Of a DNA stretch of 64,000 nt, positions 13,430 through 26,716 are shown one piece after another. Positions within the stretch are counted from its first letter, which is position 1. Every line of letters starts with the position of its first letter. The notes beneath the pieces were generated by a model. That model worked only from the letters and a program-made list of their open reading frames with translations, did not search any database and had not been told where the DNA came from. The position numbers were made by a program, and so were the translations under genes. The stretch comes from Azolla caroliniana (lineage: Eukaryota; Plantae; Polypodiophyta): the NCBI GenBank assembly GCA_043228905.1, contig JBHGNT010000012.1:14260001-14324000 (forward strand), given 5' to 3'.

Positions 13430-14412
13430 GTAATTGGCTATTGCCGTATGGAGTATTATGATGGGGTGAGTTATCAATGTGGTGGGGCCTTTTCCATAAG
13501 CACTTCTAAGTACATAAATTAACAACGGACACATCAAACATCATCACCTTTGCCACTAAACAAAACTTGTGAGTTTTTGGTGGTCTTTTTGTCTTATTGG
13601 TTGGGTTTAAGTTTAAGAGGAAATTTTTACTTTCACATTTAATAGTACTCTAATCTCTTTAGAGAACTTTTAGTGTACAAAATTTACCCACAAAACTTGA
13701 TCCCTTAGTTTTTTGTCCTTCTATTAGGATATTCCATAGTAAATTTTGGTATTGTGCAACTTTTGTGGTATTTTTTGAATAGCTTACACAAGATAATCTT
13801 GTTTCCTAATAAGTTGTAAAGTGCTATTGTGAATCCTAACACTCCTCGTGTACAGTCTTCAAAATAATGGATTTTTATTGCTCATAATGATGTTCCTTCC
13901 CTAGATTCATACTACTTCTGCATTAAATGTTAAAACACATTGTTCTTTCCAAGTCACAAGGCAGCTATCATCTCAATGATTTTTAACAGTAAAACAATCC
14001 AACGTGAAAACTTACTAAACCCCTCTAGACTACTACCAAAGCATGTGTGAATGCATGCTTATTAAGATTTACGATTTACTTTTATAAGCCTTCTTACAGT
14101 TGTAAAAGCTTGATTCAGAAACATGATACATTTGTCTTTTCCATATCATCTAGAAAATGCTTATTGTTCCTATAAATTGCTAGCCTATTATCCTCCCTAC
14201 AAAGGATACATCAATTGTATTCATGCAAGACGTTCAAACATTAAAAGTATCATCATCTTCATGGGCATGAAGATCATGTTAAATGCATATATATGACGTA
14301 CAACGATAACCATAATTGAAATTTGTGTGACACTTGAGTATTATACATTTCATACATCCTCTCGTCTTCCAGTACCCTTCATTACATGGGATATACAATT
14401 ATTAGGTAACTG

Positions 14413-14580
14413 TTACTCTATTTGGATTTCTTCAGGTGCCTCTTCTTCAACAACATTTTCATCATCAATAGCGATGCCCGCCGCATTAGATGTCTTGGCT
14501 ATCCACTCCTTCAAAGGATCCTCGGTTAGGTCCAACCTCAAGACCCCTGCAAACACACCACCTAGGAACGCAAGGGGCTC
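14413..14580 (-). CDS. UPF0426 (At1g28150-like) plastid protein, exon 3
   Basis: TTTTCTTAG acceptor then EPLAFLGGVFAGVLRLDLTEDPLKEWIAKTSNAAGIAIDDENVVEEEAPEEIQIE-stop, matching the recalled UPF0426 C-terminus; not in the ORF track because it lacks a start codon. Confidence 0.88.
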   Translation of the reverse strand, partial: EPLAFLGGVFAGVLRLDLTEDPLKEWIAKTSNAAGIAIDDENVVEEEAPEEIQIE

Positions 14581-15447
14581 CTAAGAAAACATGTATCAAT
14601 GAATCAGAACATTAAGAAATAAGAAATCAAAAAATCAAAACTTTGTATAGCTTCTAAGGTCACCTTATGCTAAGGCCTACACACCTTATTCTTAACTGAA
14701 ACAAGGGACTTTTGGTTATATCTAGAAGTGAGGAAACATCAAATGGTAATTTATAAAAATAAAATCTATGTAGGACTGAAACACGCATTACTACTGCAGC
14801 AAATGTGACTCTCTAGTGTAGATTTAGAAATGCCATTAGTTCTATTATCACTACAATAAGAAGTGAAGAAAAAGAATGGGTATAGTCATATCATGACTTT
14901 TATACTTCTCTCTAACCATAGTGTTCTGACCTAGGCCCTTTTTATACAGAGGTGGACACAAGGTCCTTCCATTGAAAAGACATGTCTGGCGAGTCCTTAA
15001 TGTCTATTCAGTGGGCATTGAAGCAAGATGTTTGGCATCATTGCTGAAGGATAGGAGTTATACGGAGGTTTGGGGCAGGTTGGGGTGTGGCATGGCATTA
15101 CGAGGAGAGTGGTATAAGTCAGGTTATTTATTCGACAACATGCCAAATATTGAGCACCTTCAAGGCATTGGATGTTTAACAACAGCAAGAGCGCATCTTG
15201 CATCACTGTGATGACTTCAAATATTCCATAATGTTGCCAGAGAACCAATGCCTTCAAATAATGTAACTAGAGAGCATGAGAGGTGACTGACAACTCTAAC
15301 TAATGTAAGGGGGGATGCACCATGTTTCAAAGTTTCATTATGGGACGAGGGTAGTATTTGTAACTATGTCAAAAGACCAATCATTTGTCTTCTACTAGGC
15401 CGTTTATTGAGGTCAAAGGTGAGGCCCTGGCTTTCAGTAGGGTGGTC

Positions 15448-18400
15448 TCCTCCGATGTGTGTAAAAAGTATCTTGTAGTGGGTCATCTTCGTATCAAGTG
15501 ATATTTTGGGGCTGATCCATGTTATTTTGCTTTCCAAGTTAATAATATCAGTTCAGATAACTCTATTTTTTTCCACTTTGGTCATGTCTAGATGGGGACA
15601 GTCCAAGCTATATTGGAATGGGGGTGGTGCATTTATGCTTCCGCCATGTCACTTGAACCATTGTTGCATTTCAATGTACCAACAATGAGTGTATCCAAGT
15701 TCAGCCACTTGTCTTGATGACATAAATGCCAATCTTGAGTACCTTACTTTAGGGAGCTCCCAAAGAGGTTGGATACTTGTCACTGATCGGAATAATGCCT
15801 CAATGATTATAGGGGTTGCTCCCATCTCTGCCCAAATTATATCATGGGGCATTGATGCTTTGCTCTGTATCATGCGGGCACTCATTGACACTAAAGGTCT
15901 CTCTGAATCTTTCCAGATTTTGCCTTGGTAAGACTCGTTCCCCACGTTTCTACTCCATATAGAAGACATGGTGTCACAAGTGTATCAAATAGTCATACTT
16001 TAGTTCGTGGCTCTTGGAACTGCAACTGTGCACATTGTCTTTCAAGAGGACCAAGGGCTGCATATCCACGAGAAAGTTGTGCACAAGCAGCCTTCCATAA
16101 GGAGAACCTAGGCCTTGTAATTGTCACTCCTAGGTATGTGTAGGAGTGTGTGTATTCCACCTTTTCCTCTCCCAAGAAGATTTCTGGTGCTGATCTTGTT
16201 ACCCATGCTTGAGTGGTGTTAAACACCATTATTTTAGCTTTATCCATGTTTATTGACAAACCTTTCACGGATTCATACAGTGCATAGCTTCCCCATTGAT
16301 GTCTACAAGCACACCAAGGGCTTCAAGCACGTGGTACAGTATCAAAGGCTTTTAGGAAATCCACAAAGCAGCAATAAATCCTCTTATTATGGGCTCTGCC
16401 CTCCTCGATAAGGGCTTGGATGTGATCCAAAGTTGTGAACCCCTTCCGAAAGCTTGCCTGTCCAGCTGAAAGGCAGCAATTTGGCTCTGCCCATACACTC
16501 AATTCTGACTCTAGAATCGAGCCATATACATAGTTTAACCAGGTAATGGCCAATCATAATTGTTCTATAGTTGCTTGGCATCATGGGAGCTCCACTCTTA
16601 AGGATTGGCACAAGGGTATCTTTTGTCCATCTAGTAGGGAAACGTTCACACATGGCTCCATTAAAGATGTGTGCTAGCAATGGGAGCAAGATGTCGTGGA
16701 CATAGATAAAGTGCTCACCAACCAATCCATCATGATCCTGGGCCTTCCTAAATTGTAGCTGATCAATGGCATTTCTTACATTTTGGAGCGAAAAAGGTAG
16801 ATTCATGTGGGCATGAGCCACGTGAGTAGGGAAGTGGAGGCTACCTCTGGATATCATATAAGGCCATTGCATATTTATGCCACACCTGAGATGAGGTCAC
16901 TTGTGTGGTAGGTTGCCTCTCATTAAATATTATCCATGCTCTTTTACTTTCAGGTCCTAGAAACAAGCTAAATATAATCTCTTCTTCTTCTTCACAAGGC
17001 ATTGGAAGGTTTCTCTTGCTTGTTTGTGTGTATAAATACCCTGAGTTACTTCATGCTACAAGCATCTCCTTGTATCACGACATTCCTAATCATACCAAAT
17101 ATTTTATATGACTACCACGTTTGGAGGCATTAGCCATTGTGCGAGGAAAGGCATTTGTGGCTGCTTTATGCAATGACTTTGACAATCCTTGTGTATTCAT
17201 CTAGGGGTGCAAAAGGATCCAAATCTAGCATGCCATTATATACTCCACAACTACACACATCAATTGTCTCTTGAGTAAATTGATACTTTGCCAGCCCACT
17301 CTCCTTAGCATACACATCCCTTCTGCATCCATCTTTCACTTGAGAGCATAAATATGCATGATCTGCTGCAAAGCCAATAGGTCTACCAAATATACTGAAC
17401 TCTCTTATTTCAGGTATAAGAGATGGAGATCCCATTAGGTAGTCGACTATACACAATCCATTGTAAATCACAAATCCATGTACACTTCCCAAAGCTAGAA
17501 AGTGTTTTCCATATTCAATTACTCCACTCATATCTTGCACTTATCACTTTCGACCAACCTCTTCTGCCATAACTTCTCCGTAAACAGCCTCGTTAGGGTC
17601 AAACATAGTTGTTTGTTCATCCTTAGTTCGTGCATGGAAGTCTCCTAATAGTATTATGCCCCCCATAATAGCAAATCGTATGATATCATCATATGATGGA
17701 AAATATGGCGATTCACCGAGAGATGCAAACCTTGAGTATGCAGGTGGAACGTAGCAAATTGCAATATATAGTTCCCTAAGATCCCCTCTTTTGATTTGTA
17801 TCCACATATAACGTGCATCTACATCCTTATGCACCACATGGGCTCTATCATGTAACTCCTTTTTGTACAACACCACCACTCCTCCCAAATCTCTAGTGTT
17901 TCCTGGTGTCCGAGGTTGGTGACAGCATATTCACTCCCATCTGTATCCTTGTACATGGGGGATTTTGCTAGCCATGCATTGGTGGGTCTCTGTATACATA
18001 GCAATATCTGTGTTTTTTATGGTATCTATAAAACATCCAACATCTTTCCATAGACAGTCGTTGCAATTCCATATAGTCACGTAAGGTCTCATTGGCCATA
18101 CATCATCATGCGGTTCTCTTATCTATAATAATGACCATACCATTTGTTAGGTTTTAAGACCGAAGATGAATGAGAAAGATAGACTGAAAACACAAACAGA
18201 AACATAAAGTACACAGTACACAAGATTTACGTGGAAACCCTAAAACAGGGAAAAACCACAAGGCAACAGATTTCACTATGAGACAAGATTACAGAGATAG
18301 GTTACAAAGCTTTTCAAGCTTTTCAAAGGAGAAGAACACAGATTACAGAATAATCCCTTCTTAGGGTTTGGGCAAGCTCACTAAACTCTATCTTCCCTCA

Positions 18401-19560
18401 ATCTTACACTCATCCTCTTCACATCTACTCTATGTATCTCTTATCTCACTTAATACTACTGCTACAGCTACATACAAATCTTGCCCTAGCTCCATATAGA
18501 TAGATAGATAGATAGATGTGTGTGTGAATAAGATATTATTATAATATAATAATAATAATTAATCGGCCGACTTGTCGACTCGACTGTCCGACGACCCACA
18601 AGTTGATAATCTAGTCGGTCCGACTAGTTGACCTCAACTTCGACCCTCCACACTGAGGAAAATGGAATATCTGATGCCCCAATCTATTTTGAGATTCGTG
18701 GCATCTTCTTGTGGGCTTCCTTTTACAGCCGAACCAACCACTCATACATGCAATGCACGAGCTTTCTTCTTGGTTTCTTGCTCTAATGTAGTGTTCATCT
18801 TATCCATTGATGTTCATTTTTGCTTTTTCACCACCTCTATCAAAGGAGCATTTGCTTTAATTTCTTTTTAAGAATGCTCAGTTGAGCTTTGACATCTTTA
18901 AACATCTCTACCCATATTTGCATTTCCTTGGTTACATTGGCTTTAACTATGGAAATGTATTTTTCCATTGCGTCTAGTCCTTTTTCTAAATAAACTTTTA
19001 TAGCTACTAATTCAACCATATTTAAGGATATTTCATTCCTAATGTATTGCGTCATGTCATCCTTGAGCTCTAAGTTTTATTTCTTGACATGGCTTTTAAT
19101 GTCTTTTTATATCTCTTCTAATAACTCAATTTTGGCAGAGGCATACAACTCAGTTTTCTGTTTCTCTATCTCCTTTTTCATTTCCTCCCTTAATGCTCTT
19201 TCTATATCATCTTTGATGTGATTGATCTCTTGTGTAGCTAAATGACCTAATAGACAATGTTTCCCCTCTTAAGACATCAAATGGGACATCGAATGGAACC
19301 TCCATTGTGGGTGCCTTGTGCGCCCTACTAGCGCCATTCAGGGTGCTTCCATCCCGTCCTTTTCGTCTACAATATCTTCTTAGGGTCTTCCATGAATCTA
19401 GACCCTCTTCGTGGATGTTAAGATCCATAAGTTTATTTGTTGTCAAGAGACGTGGAGAGAAGTTGTTGAAGGATAACAATACAGCTACAACAAGTCATCA
19501 ACAAAGAACTATCACAAGTTTCTTTGCTTTCTTTCCTCATGCTACAAGTCAATCAAGGGC
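15448..19560 (-). mobile_element. Degenerate RTEX-like LINE (ORF1 coiled coil; ORF2 APE endonuclease-RT, ATG 18092) in UPF0426 intron 2
   Basis: TIWNCN, YTETH, ILLGDFHART, VDY (EN); KAQDHDG, NYRTI, QASFRKG, FVDFLKAFDTV (RT); DNA homology to LINE 55463-57667; YADD region deleted near 16270-16320. Confidence 0.88.
18145..18652 (-). mobile_element. Probable Copia-type solo LTR inserted in LINE ORF1
   Basis: Starts TGTTAG; contains GATTTACGTGGAAACCC...GGGAAAAACCAC motif typical of Copia LTRs; right end and TSD uncertain. Confidence 0.55.
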
Positions 19561-19965
19561 TACATAAGTAATGTCTCAGCTACATTTAAAAGGATTTAGA
19601 ATAGATCAGGCAATAGCAATTTGTCATGCACATAGACCATGTTCATCTAGACAAGGATCTCATCACCCTTGTCATAAAAAAAATAAAGACTATCAGCATG
19701 ACACCCTGAAGATGTTTCCCTCACTTTGCGAGCTCTCCATCTTGGGTCACCCATTTTGAAGATGTTTCAAAGGCAAAAGTTTCAATCCATCTAAGTTTAG
19801 AGTGTTTAAATTTGTATCTAACAAGAGTCTCTAGTATCTTATGTAGTTCTATTAGTTTAGTGATATTTATTTTGGTTTCTTATTCTCAAAGAAAAGACAC
19901 ATTTAAAGATGTAAAATCACATTCACTCTTATAGACCCTTTTGGCCTCTTAAGAGATGTTAATAT
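19560..19965 (+). mobile_element. LINE 3' end fragment, inverted relative to adjacent LINE body
   Basis: KGFRIDQAIAICHAHRP resembles KGVTIDWAIAIYRARRP of ORF 55798-57717; 3' UTR end cttatagaccc-ttttggcctcttaagagatgttaatat matches reverse complement of 55476-55515. Confidence 0.75.
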
Positions 19966-21915
19966 GCCTCCACCTTATCCTTCAACCATGGCTGATCATT
20001 GATGAGCAAATGATTTATCTGATTGGTAAATGTACACTCTAGGATCTGGCACAGCCAGCTCAGCCTATCATCTTAACAAGGGCTATCAAGTGAAGGAAGA
20101 GGGCTGTGGTGTACATGATCTATCTGAACTAGTTGCCTATAAAAAAAACTTTCTATACGATGTTTGAAATATCATTAAAGCAACCCATGCAGGCAAAAAC
20201 ATATCAGCAATAGAGATCAAGCCACACCTCACCATCCCAATCAAATTGGCGCATGCTTGCTGTTTTCCCATTCATAAAATAACTTTTAAACAGCCAGAGT
20301 TTCAGCTTGAAGAGAATCTTCTTGCACGTGATCATTTATTGGGTGCCACGACAACTTTTGAGCCAGTACATACCAAGAAAAACTCCAGGTGTCTGACTAA
20401 ACCGAATGACTGACTTAATCTTTAAAGAGTGATCCAAATTGATATCCAGGTTTTATCATGCATGATAGCCATGTCTTCCAAGGAAACGTTCAATGGAGAC
20501 CCAAGGCTGTTCAATCAACACATGTCCCTAAGCAAGGTCCGAATGCTTTCATGTGTATCTCCATGTTGAAGGGCAGCACGAGGATTAGGGTTTAGGTCAA
20601 CTAGAGAGGGAGAGAGTCTGAGTGAGAGACAAGGGGAGAAAGGGAGAGATACACGCTGTCTTGGGTACAAAGAGTGTACCTCTTTTTTTGGGTTTTTAGA
20701 TATTATGTATATACAAGTCAAAAATGTGCTATGAGTGCGTTCACACTCGTGCACTAATAAAAGGCACGATGGCCCTTTATTCCCAACAAGATCCCACCTA
20801 AAGGCAATGTGCCGTGAGAAAAAAAAAAAAGTCAGCTAAGTTCAAGTACATACAAAGCTGAACTACATACATCTATCCAACTCCCATCATCTGTCGCAAA
20901 TGAGCAAATCGCTCAGCTGGAAGACCCTTCGTGAGAAGATCTACAGGATTATTTGTATGTACTTTGACAAGCTCAATGTTCTTGCTGTCAAGTACATCTC
21001 TGGATAATCCTCAGACATTCAAGCAATTTTTCATTCGCTCATTCAATCCAATATTCCACTACATAAGAATGGAATAAGAACAGGATTATTTCTTTCCAAG
21101 TGATCCCTTACCAATTTGGCAAAGAAACATGAATTTTGATTCAAATGTGTAATCCTGAATGAGATAAATCTTTCATATATCTTTCTAAAACTTGAGAAAC
21201 ATTGTTTCTCAGAGGACCAATCCTGCCCTATGATGCCCACTAAAGATAAATGCTTACATATAGTAGTCTTCAATCATCTGGAGTTCATGATAATGCCATT
21301 TCCAAAAGCTATTATAAGCTATTCATGGATGAGATGTTAGGAAATCTCTATTAGTGTTCAAGTGCATATGTAATAACATCCAAGAATAACAAAATGCGAT
21401 CATTTTGAACAAATCATGACGAATTTGACATTAAGGGCATATTGCATATTATTGAAGAGTTTGTATACAGCACATGGAGGCTCAGGATAAGAAATTTAAT
21501 CAAGATTCCAAGTTAGTAGAAGACTTTATTTATGTTTTCTATTCATGAAGCATATTACAGATAGATATACTATATTTGTATCTTTAGAATGGCCTATTTG
21601 TACAAAGTGCTCAATGAGACCGAAGAAAGGTTTTCGAAAGTTTCCAATTAGATCTTAAGGAATTAATGAAAAATAACTTTCTAGATTCTTTTGATTAAAG
21701 ATAGACATATCGATGGATTTTACTCATTTCCCTAAAAGATATTCCTCAAAGTGGCCAAGGAGACCCAAAAACTATTTATGAAAGTGTCCTATGAGACCCA
21801 CAAAAAGAAAAGTATAGCTTCTTCTCAAAGTGGCCTAAAAAACTGTAAAAAGAAAAAAAATACTTTTTTGATGCATATGTAGTGACGACAGTGAGTGTGG
21901 GATGATCACGCATAC

Positions 21916-22062
21916 CTTGAGAGCCTCTTTAACAATGGGGTCATCTTGTGGATTGAAGAAAGCATTGATCTGAGCAGAGACATGTCTTCCATCTTTCCGC
22001 GAAGCAAGGCACACAGAAGAAACCTTCGATGCTCTGTTCCTCAAGGAACTATGGGAGCTGAG
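21916..22062 (-). CDS. UPF0426 plastid protein, exon 2
   Basis: TTTTAG acceptor, phase 0, ...SAQINAFFNPQDDPIVKEALK then GTATGC donor; joins in frame to exon 3. Confidence 0.88.
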
Positions 22063-22184
22063 CTAAAACCAGCAAATAGAGAGTTTCCAGATAATCAGAG
22101 AGTTAAACAGGATAGGAAAACAAAAACCCAATACAAAAACAAACAGAAAGAGGATAAGAAATGGAGAATGAATGCTTGTTGTAC

Positions 22185-22232
22185 AGAGGCAGGCACCATG
22201 AACTGGTGAGGATGCTTGTAGAGTAAAGCCAT
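22185..22232 (-). CDS. UPF0426 plastid protein, exon 1 (start of transit peptide)
   Basis: GCCATGGCT start context, MALLYKHPHQFMVPAS then GTACAA donor; 122-bp U-rich intron. Confidence 0.7.
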
Positions 22233-22286
22233 GGCTTGCTCTCTATGGTTCTCTCTACTAAGAGAGAAAGAATGAGTGAGAGGTAT

Positions 22287-22425
22287 ATATATGTCACTTT
22301 GAAATTTGTATTATCTTTTCTCCATGGAATGCACTATGTATATCACTTTGAAATTTGTATTGAAATTTGTATTATCTTTTCTCCATGGAATGCACTATAT
22401 ATATGTCACTTTGAAATTTGTATTA
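22287..22425. repeat. Tandem repeat (about 50-60-bp units, tcactttgaaatttgtatt...ctccatggaatgcactat) at the UPF0426 promoter
   Basis: Three copies of tcactttgaaatttgtatt and two of ctccatggaatgcactat visible. Confidence 0.8.
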
Positions 22426-22439
22426 GTGTTTTGGGTGGA

Positions 22440-24629
22440 CTCCGACAAATTAAGACATACCACCAAATTAGGACACGTCAAGATATTCAACTCACTTGCA
22501 TTCATACATATTCCCGATGAAAAGCGGCAAAAGCTTGATCCGAAATCAGAGAAGTGTATCCTTGTGGGGTACACACTCGAACAAAAGGGGTATAACTGCT
22601 TCAACCCATCTACCAAAAAGGTATGAATGAGTAGGGATGTCGTATTCGACGAATCGGCATCCTGGTACTTGGTCGACTCAGCTTCATCCAATCATCCAAT
22701 CGAAATTGATTTCGATATAGACTCTGAGGAGGACAGCCGACTAAGGCTCACATCAAAAGAGAGTCCAGTCTCAACCAGGTTGAGTGGACCACATGAGCCC
22801 CCTAACAACCAAAGCACGTCGTGGACGAGTCTGAAGATGGACAGAGGAAGGCCAAAATGCTTGAGTATGAAGACTCAGTAGGAATCGACAATGAGTTTAG
22901 TATTTTAGACTTGTCGGCGATACCATGAGCCGAGAAAGTGCACACAAAAACTGATGAAACACTACATCGCTCCACCCAAGAAAAGAACATAGTTAGCCGA
23001 TTCGGCTACAATAATCTCTCAAAGACACTATATCCTCAATCTTCTCTTCAATTTTGGGATGACAGAGTGTAAGCCTGTAGCAACCCCCCTCGATCGTAAT
23101 CAGAAGATTGATGCCGACTCTACAACTACAGGATGTGAGCCGACCCAGTACCATCAATTGGTCAATAGCTTAATTTATCTCACCATCACTCAGCCTGATT
23201 TAAGTTATTCAGTCGGTCTCCTTAGTCAATTCATGCAGACACCATGAAACATCCACCCGGATTGCACTAAGCGAGTATTATGTTATGTGAGTGGGACGAT
23301 GGATTTCGGTATTCTCTACAAGTCGGGGAATTTGATTTGACTCAAAGGATATACCAATGCCTATTGGGCCGATTACAAAGCTGGCAGACAATCCACATCC
23401 GGATTCGTCTTCTCACTCAGCAGCGGAGCCATTTCATGGAGCAGTAAGAAGTAGTCGACAACCGCACTGTTGAGCATAGAGGCCGAATACAAGGGCATAG
23501 TTGTCGCCGTATGCGAAGCTGTTTGGCTTAGAAGAATCTTGAAGGATCTGGGCGTTCCCATCGAGGATTTGATTCTCCTATATTGTGATAACATGAGCAA
23601 CATCCACCTGGCCCACAATCCAGTCTTCCACGTTGGACCAAGCACAGTGATGTACACTACCATTTCATCCGAGAAAGTGTCTTGCCTAGAGATATCGATC
23701 TCCAGTACATTAGCATGAATTTGGAGACAACCGACATATTCACGAAAGCCCTGGGAATCAACAAGTTGTGGCAGTTCACGACGAACGTCGGTCTCTCGAT
23801 TACCGACCAATCGCACTTGAGGGGGAGTTAAAACAATTAACCGGCCAGTCGAAACTGATTCGCTGAACAGCTGAATCGAAGTTAGATTTCGAAGACCGAA
23901 CCGAACCAACTTTTCAACATCCGGAAGTTGCGTTTGAAGGGGCATGTTGAGAATCAAACTCAACTCCCCTAGTGTGGGAACACACCCTAGTGTGTGAACA
24001 CCCCACCCCCTACTATAGTAACTAGTGTGTCATAGAATCTTATAGTTCTATGACATATATTCAATGTAGTTAAGACTCCACCTCTCTTTAGTTAAGTGGG
24101 GTTGTAGCAAGAGAATAGTGGGAAGGTGAGTATATAAGTGCTCTCTCATCTCCCTTGTAATGTTGTTGGTTATTCTTGTAGTTTGCTCCTTTGTTAATAC
24201 AGTTTTTACTTGCGTTTTCTATATACAACGAGCCCTCTCTATTTCTCTCCTTCTCACACACACACATATCACTTCCGTTGCACATAATCACTCTTGTTTA
24301 TTTACACTACGTATATAAGGAGGCTAGCTACCTTCTTATCAAGGGAGGCTTGACTTATGTTCAGACCATGATAGTGTGGCTATGGCTCTTGTTAACTAAA
24401 CACTTGCATCAGGATTCAGAACCATGATCTTGTGATGAGTGCGTTCAAGTACCATGTATGACTCGAATCCCATAGCGGTGGTAAGAGACGCCATTCAAGG
24501 CTTGGTCTCATCTCGATCCCTTCGCTCAAGGGTGGTTGGGTGGATCAACACCCTTCATTCTCTTTCTATCTCTTTATTTTCTTATCAATTTCTTTATTTT
24601 CATGCTTACATTAGATAGTATCCCTAACA
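22440..24629 (+). mobile_element. Truncated Ty1/copia element: INT C-terminus, RT/RH relics, PPT, 3' LTR 23945-24629
   Basis: [55 protein letters not shown]; PPT-like at 23817 and 23934; LTR TGTTGAGA...CTAACA. Confidence 0.88.
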
Positions 24630-25014
24630 CAAGGCCACATTCTTAAGAGAGGTTTCCAATACTAGTTATCCTCAACATCACATTGGTGTGTGTTTGCAAC
24701 ACTTTGTGCATCCCTTTTTCATGCATGGAATCCTTATTGGAATTTTCGCAATTGTCCACTTGCATGTTTGTCAACCTACAATCAATGAATGTTCTTGGGA
24801 GCAATGTGACGAGGCTCGTTCTAGGGTTTGTTGTATGACTTCACTCAAGTATTCGTGGTAATGACCGATTTGGTGCATCGCTTTGGTACTAAGAGTGCAA
24901 ATCTCGATTGATGTTAGCGCTTGAGACACTGAAGAGGGATGTCATCATCGACATATATACATGCATGCATGCATACATCGACGTGTCTAAATTTTAAAGA
25001 GGCTTGGCGAGGGA

Positions 25015-25979
25015 ATCAATTAAATGTTTAGCACATTCTCTACACAGTTGTCTTGGCTTGATGCTTTCACATTACCGAAACTATTTGATGTCATTTGTGA
25101 TGCATACACACCACGACCAAAAGTGTTACACTTAAAGGAGATATATGACTTCAAGAGATATATATCATATGGAGGGGATGGGAATGTTAAAGTGCTTGCC
25201 CAGTTAAACAATATAAGCTTCAATCACATTTTTTTGATAAAGAAAAATGATACAAGTGGTTCTACGCTTTTGTATGCCAAGCAATATTCATCTTCAAAAA
25301 AATGGGAACCTGAAGGCGGTTGCTAGTTCTTACTTTGTATGCTGAGTACAATAGTCTATGAAGCTAAACAAATGCCAATTGAGACGAAAGGACAATTGCA
25401 TAGTGACTTGGTAGAAGAACAGAAACACTTATGGCTCCAAGCCTTAACAAAAAAAAGGAAGCATATTGAGGCCACAAAGAAATATGCCGCACAACAAGAC
25501 ACGTCATGGTGGGATGTGTTTTATAGTGATCAGAAAGGAATTATTGAAAATTGTGTATCTGGTGATAATTAGACTTTGGAAATGCCATTCACATGGTCGC
25601 TACAACATGGTCATGTAAATAAATCTCTAGGGCAAACAACTAATGCGATTACTAACAGTTTGGTCCATCCACAACAAAGAGACATTTATGTGGGACCAAG
25701 GATGAACAAAGCAGATAAAGCTAGATAGCAAGGCAATTTGCAAGAGCTCGCGGTGGGAATGTTGATTGCAACACCTGTTGATGACAACGGACAAGGCCAC
25801 CCATTTTGGATTGGTAAAATTCTAGAAGTGTTAATGCATGAAATAGAAAACACGATCAAGTCTATAAAAGTGCATTGATACAACACTAGAAGTCTAAATG
25901 CTTTTACGAGTAAGTATACATTAGAGATGATGGAATGCTCGACGACAAAGGGAAGTAGGAGGAGGAAGCGAAACATTCG
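25015..25979 (+). pseudogene. DNA-transposase relic (DUF7869-like, HTHEDIDQMFS-type), continues at 41693-41827
   Basis: atc aat taa atg ttt agc read as mutated IDQMFS; YDFK, F.IKK, LYAKQYSS..WEP motifs; frame resumes after Copia TSD (RKRN-IRNTSTLD..YDFTLTKAGGLRK). Confidence 0.55.
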
Positions 25980-26716
25980 TGTTGAGAGACAAGCTCAACA
26001 TCGGCCGGATCGGCTAAAGAAGCCGAGGACCGGATCGGTTGGGACCGATCGGTTAGGCCGAATGTGTAAACCGATACGCAAACTGATGCGTAGGTAGGGC
26101 CGGATCGGTGCGTAAACCAGGAGGCCGTTAGGAAAGATATTCCGTGAGGAATATATTTGGGAGTTAGTGTAGGAGCTCTCAATGAGCATTGAAGTACTGT
26201 CAATACTTCTGTCAGTCCTTCTAGGACTTGTATAAAAGTGTTCATTGAACACACATATGTATATAGAGTAGTGAATAGAGATTGAGCATTTTTTAATATA
26301 GTTCTTGTGTTCTCTCTCTCTCCTTCTCTGTCTCTCCCGCGTATACTACGTAAGCTCAAGCTCTCCATTAAACCTGAGTTTTCTGTCTTCTGTTCGGTCT
26401 TCATACTTGCTTCCGCACGCTACTTTTTACATGGTATCAGAGCACGAGGGTTGAGAACCTCTCTGCAGCCGACACAACTTGACGAAGAAGAACAAGAAGA
26501 ACGATGGATAGAGGCATGGCGAGCTCGCTTCCAACAGAGAAGCTTGACAGAACCAACTACGCGTCTTGGTCCTACAAGATGCACCACTACCTGCTCGAGC
26601 ACGACTAGTGGAGTTATGTCGAAGGAGCTAATGACGCGGCACCCGAATCGACACACAGAGACTTCCTGTCGTGGGAGCAATCGGCGAGTAGGGTATTATA
26701 CTGCTTCGCGTCGTGT

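Noticed and set aside
14765-15310. Possible solo LTR in UPF0426 intron
   Set aside because: TG start and TATA-like tract, but no matching end or TSD could be established.
24470-24629. Cassandra-like 5S rRNA segment in LTR
   Set aside because: No recognisable match to the plant 5S sequence by eye.
25904-26404. 166-aa and 148-aa (41219-41665) ORFs that appear duplicated
   Set aside because: They are antisense translations of the two Copia B LTRs.
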